6,894 bases of DNA, from contig NW_021828960.1 in the NCBI RefSeq assembly GCF_006345805.1, forward strand, positions 1 to 6,894, read 5' to 3'. Below, piece after piece: positions 6,442 through 6,894 of this stretch (positions within the stretch are counted from its first letter, which is position 1; each line of letters starts with the position of its first letter). The position numbers and the translations under genes are program-made. Origin of the DNA: Octopus sinensis (Eukaryota). The notes under the pieces were generated by a model, which saw only the letters and a list, made by a program, of their open reading frames with translations, was not told the DNA's origin and made no database searches.

Positions 6442-6686
6442 GCTCCATACCATCAGACAATTCACAAATGTGAGAATTTCGATACCACACTAGAACGAAC
6501 TAAAAGAAGAAGAAAAAAAAAACAAAATCCCATCTTTCTCGTTTCACACAAAACCCTCTTAACTCTATCAGTATTAGTATCAACGTTTAGAAAAATTAAT
6601 CTCCCAGAATAACAATAAACAGAATATAACAATAATCTGAAAGTTTTGAAAAAATGGAGGCTATGGCACTGATACATGTTGAAACG

Positions 6687-6729
6687 CCGGAAGTCGCCAT
6701 CTTGAGAAAAGGCAACATCCGTTCATTGG
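6687..6729. promoter_or_regulatory. Candidate Pol II promoter core: adjacent ETS and YY1 motifs plus an inverted CCAAT
   Basis: CCGGAAGT (6687-6694) directly abuts CGCCATCTT (6695-6703). ATTGG lies at 6725-6729 and a second YY1 motif CCGCCATTTT at 6869-6878. This is motif evidence only. Confidence 0.45.
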
Positions 6730-6894
6730 CAAGCGAGCCATTTCACAGCGAAACGATACAAAAATGCTTTGATTGTCAGTCATGTCTTGTCTTCTGCCTT
6801 GCCTTGTCTTTTGTCTTATTTTATATTTTTATTCTGTTTTATTATATGTATTTTATCTTCATACCCCGCCGCCATTTTATGAAGTATTCTTTCG

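Noticed and set aside
6202-6493. D/G-rich, T/I-rich or P/S-rich ORFs
   Set aside because: Several frames on both strands are open because of a degenerate trinucleotide tract, and there is no coding evidence.

Overview
AT-rich, microsatellite-dense eukaryotic non-coding DNA with no intact protein-coding gene. The SINE families resemble, from memory and not from a search, the abundant tRNA-derived SINEs of octopus, so a coleoid cephalopod origin is likely. From left to right the window holds: a degenerate minimal hammerhead-ribozyme motif of the Penelope-like type (~385-424); a small Helitron-like element between (TA)n tracts (~529-827); a decayed SINE head (minus strand); a full bipartite SINE, 'family A' (1674-2066); a second SINE, 'family B', whose 3' 185 bp occurs as a 4-unit tandem array bounded by a single 8-bp TSD (2169-2964); a 355-bp MITE with ~40-bp TIRs and an 8-bp TSD (3016-3370); a family-B fragment; the pseudogenised 3' end of an RLE-type (R4/Dong-like) LINE on the minus strand (3639-4866), split by another family-A SINE; a 5'-truncated family-A SINE; ~1.3 kb of CA-rich low-complexity and minisatellite DNA; and a candidate ETS+YY1 promoter near 6690. 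The most interesting observation is the family-B array: its repeat junction falls at the loop edge of a hairpin in the SINE head and creates a new inverted repeat.
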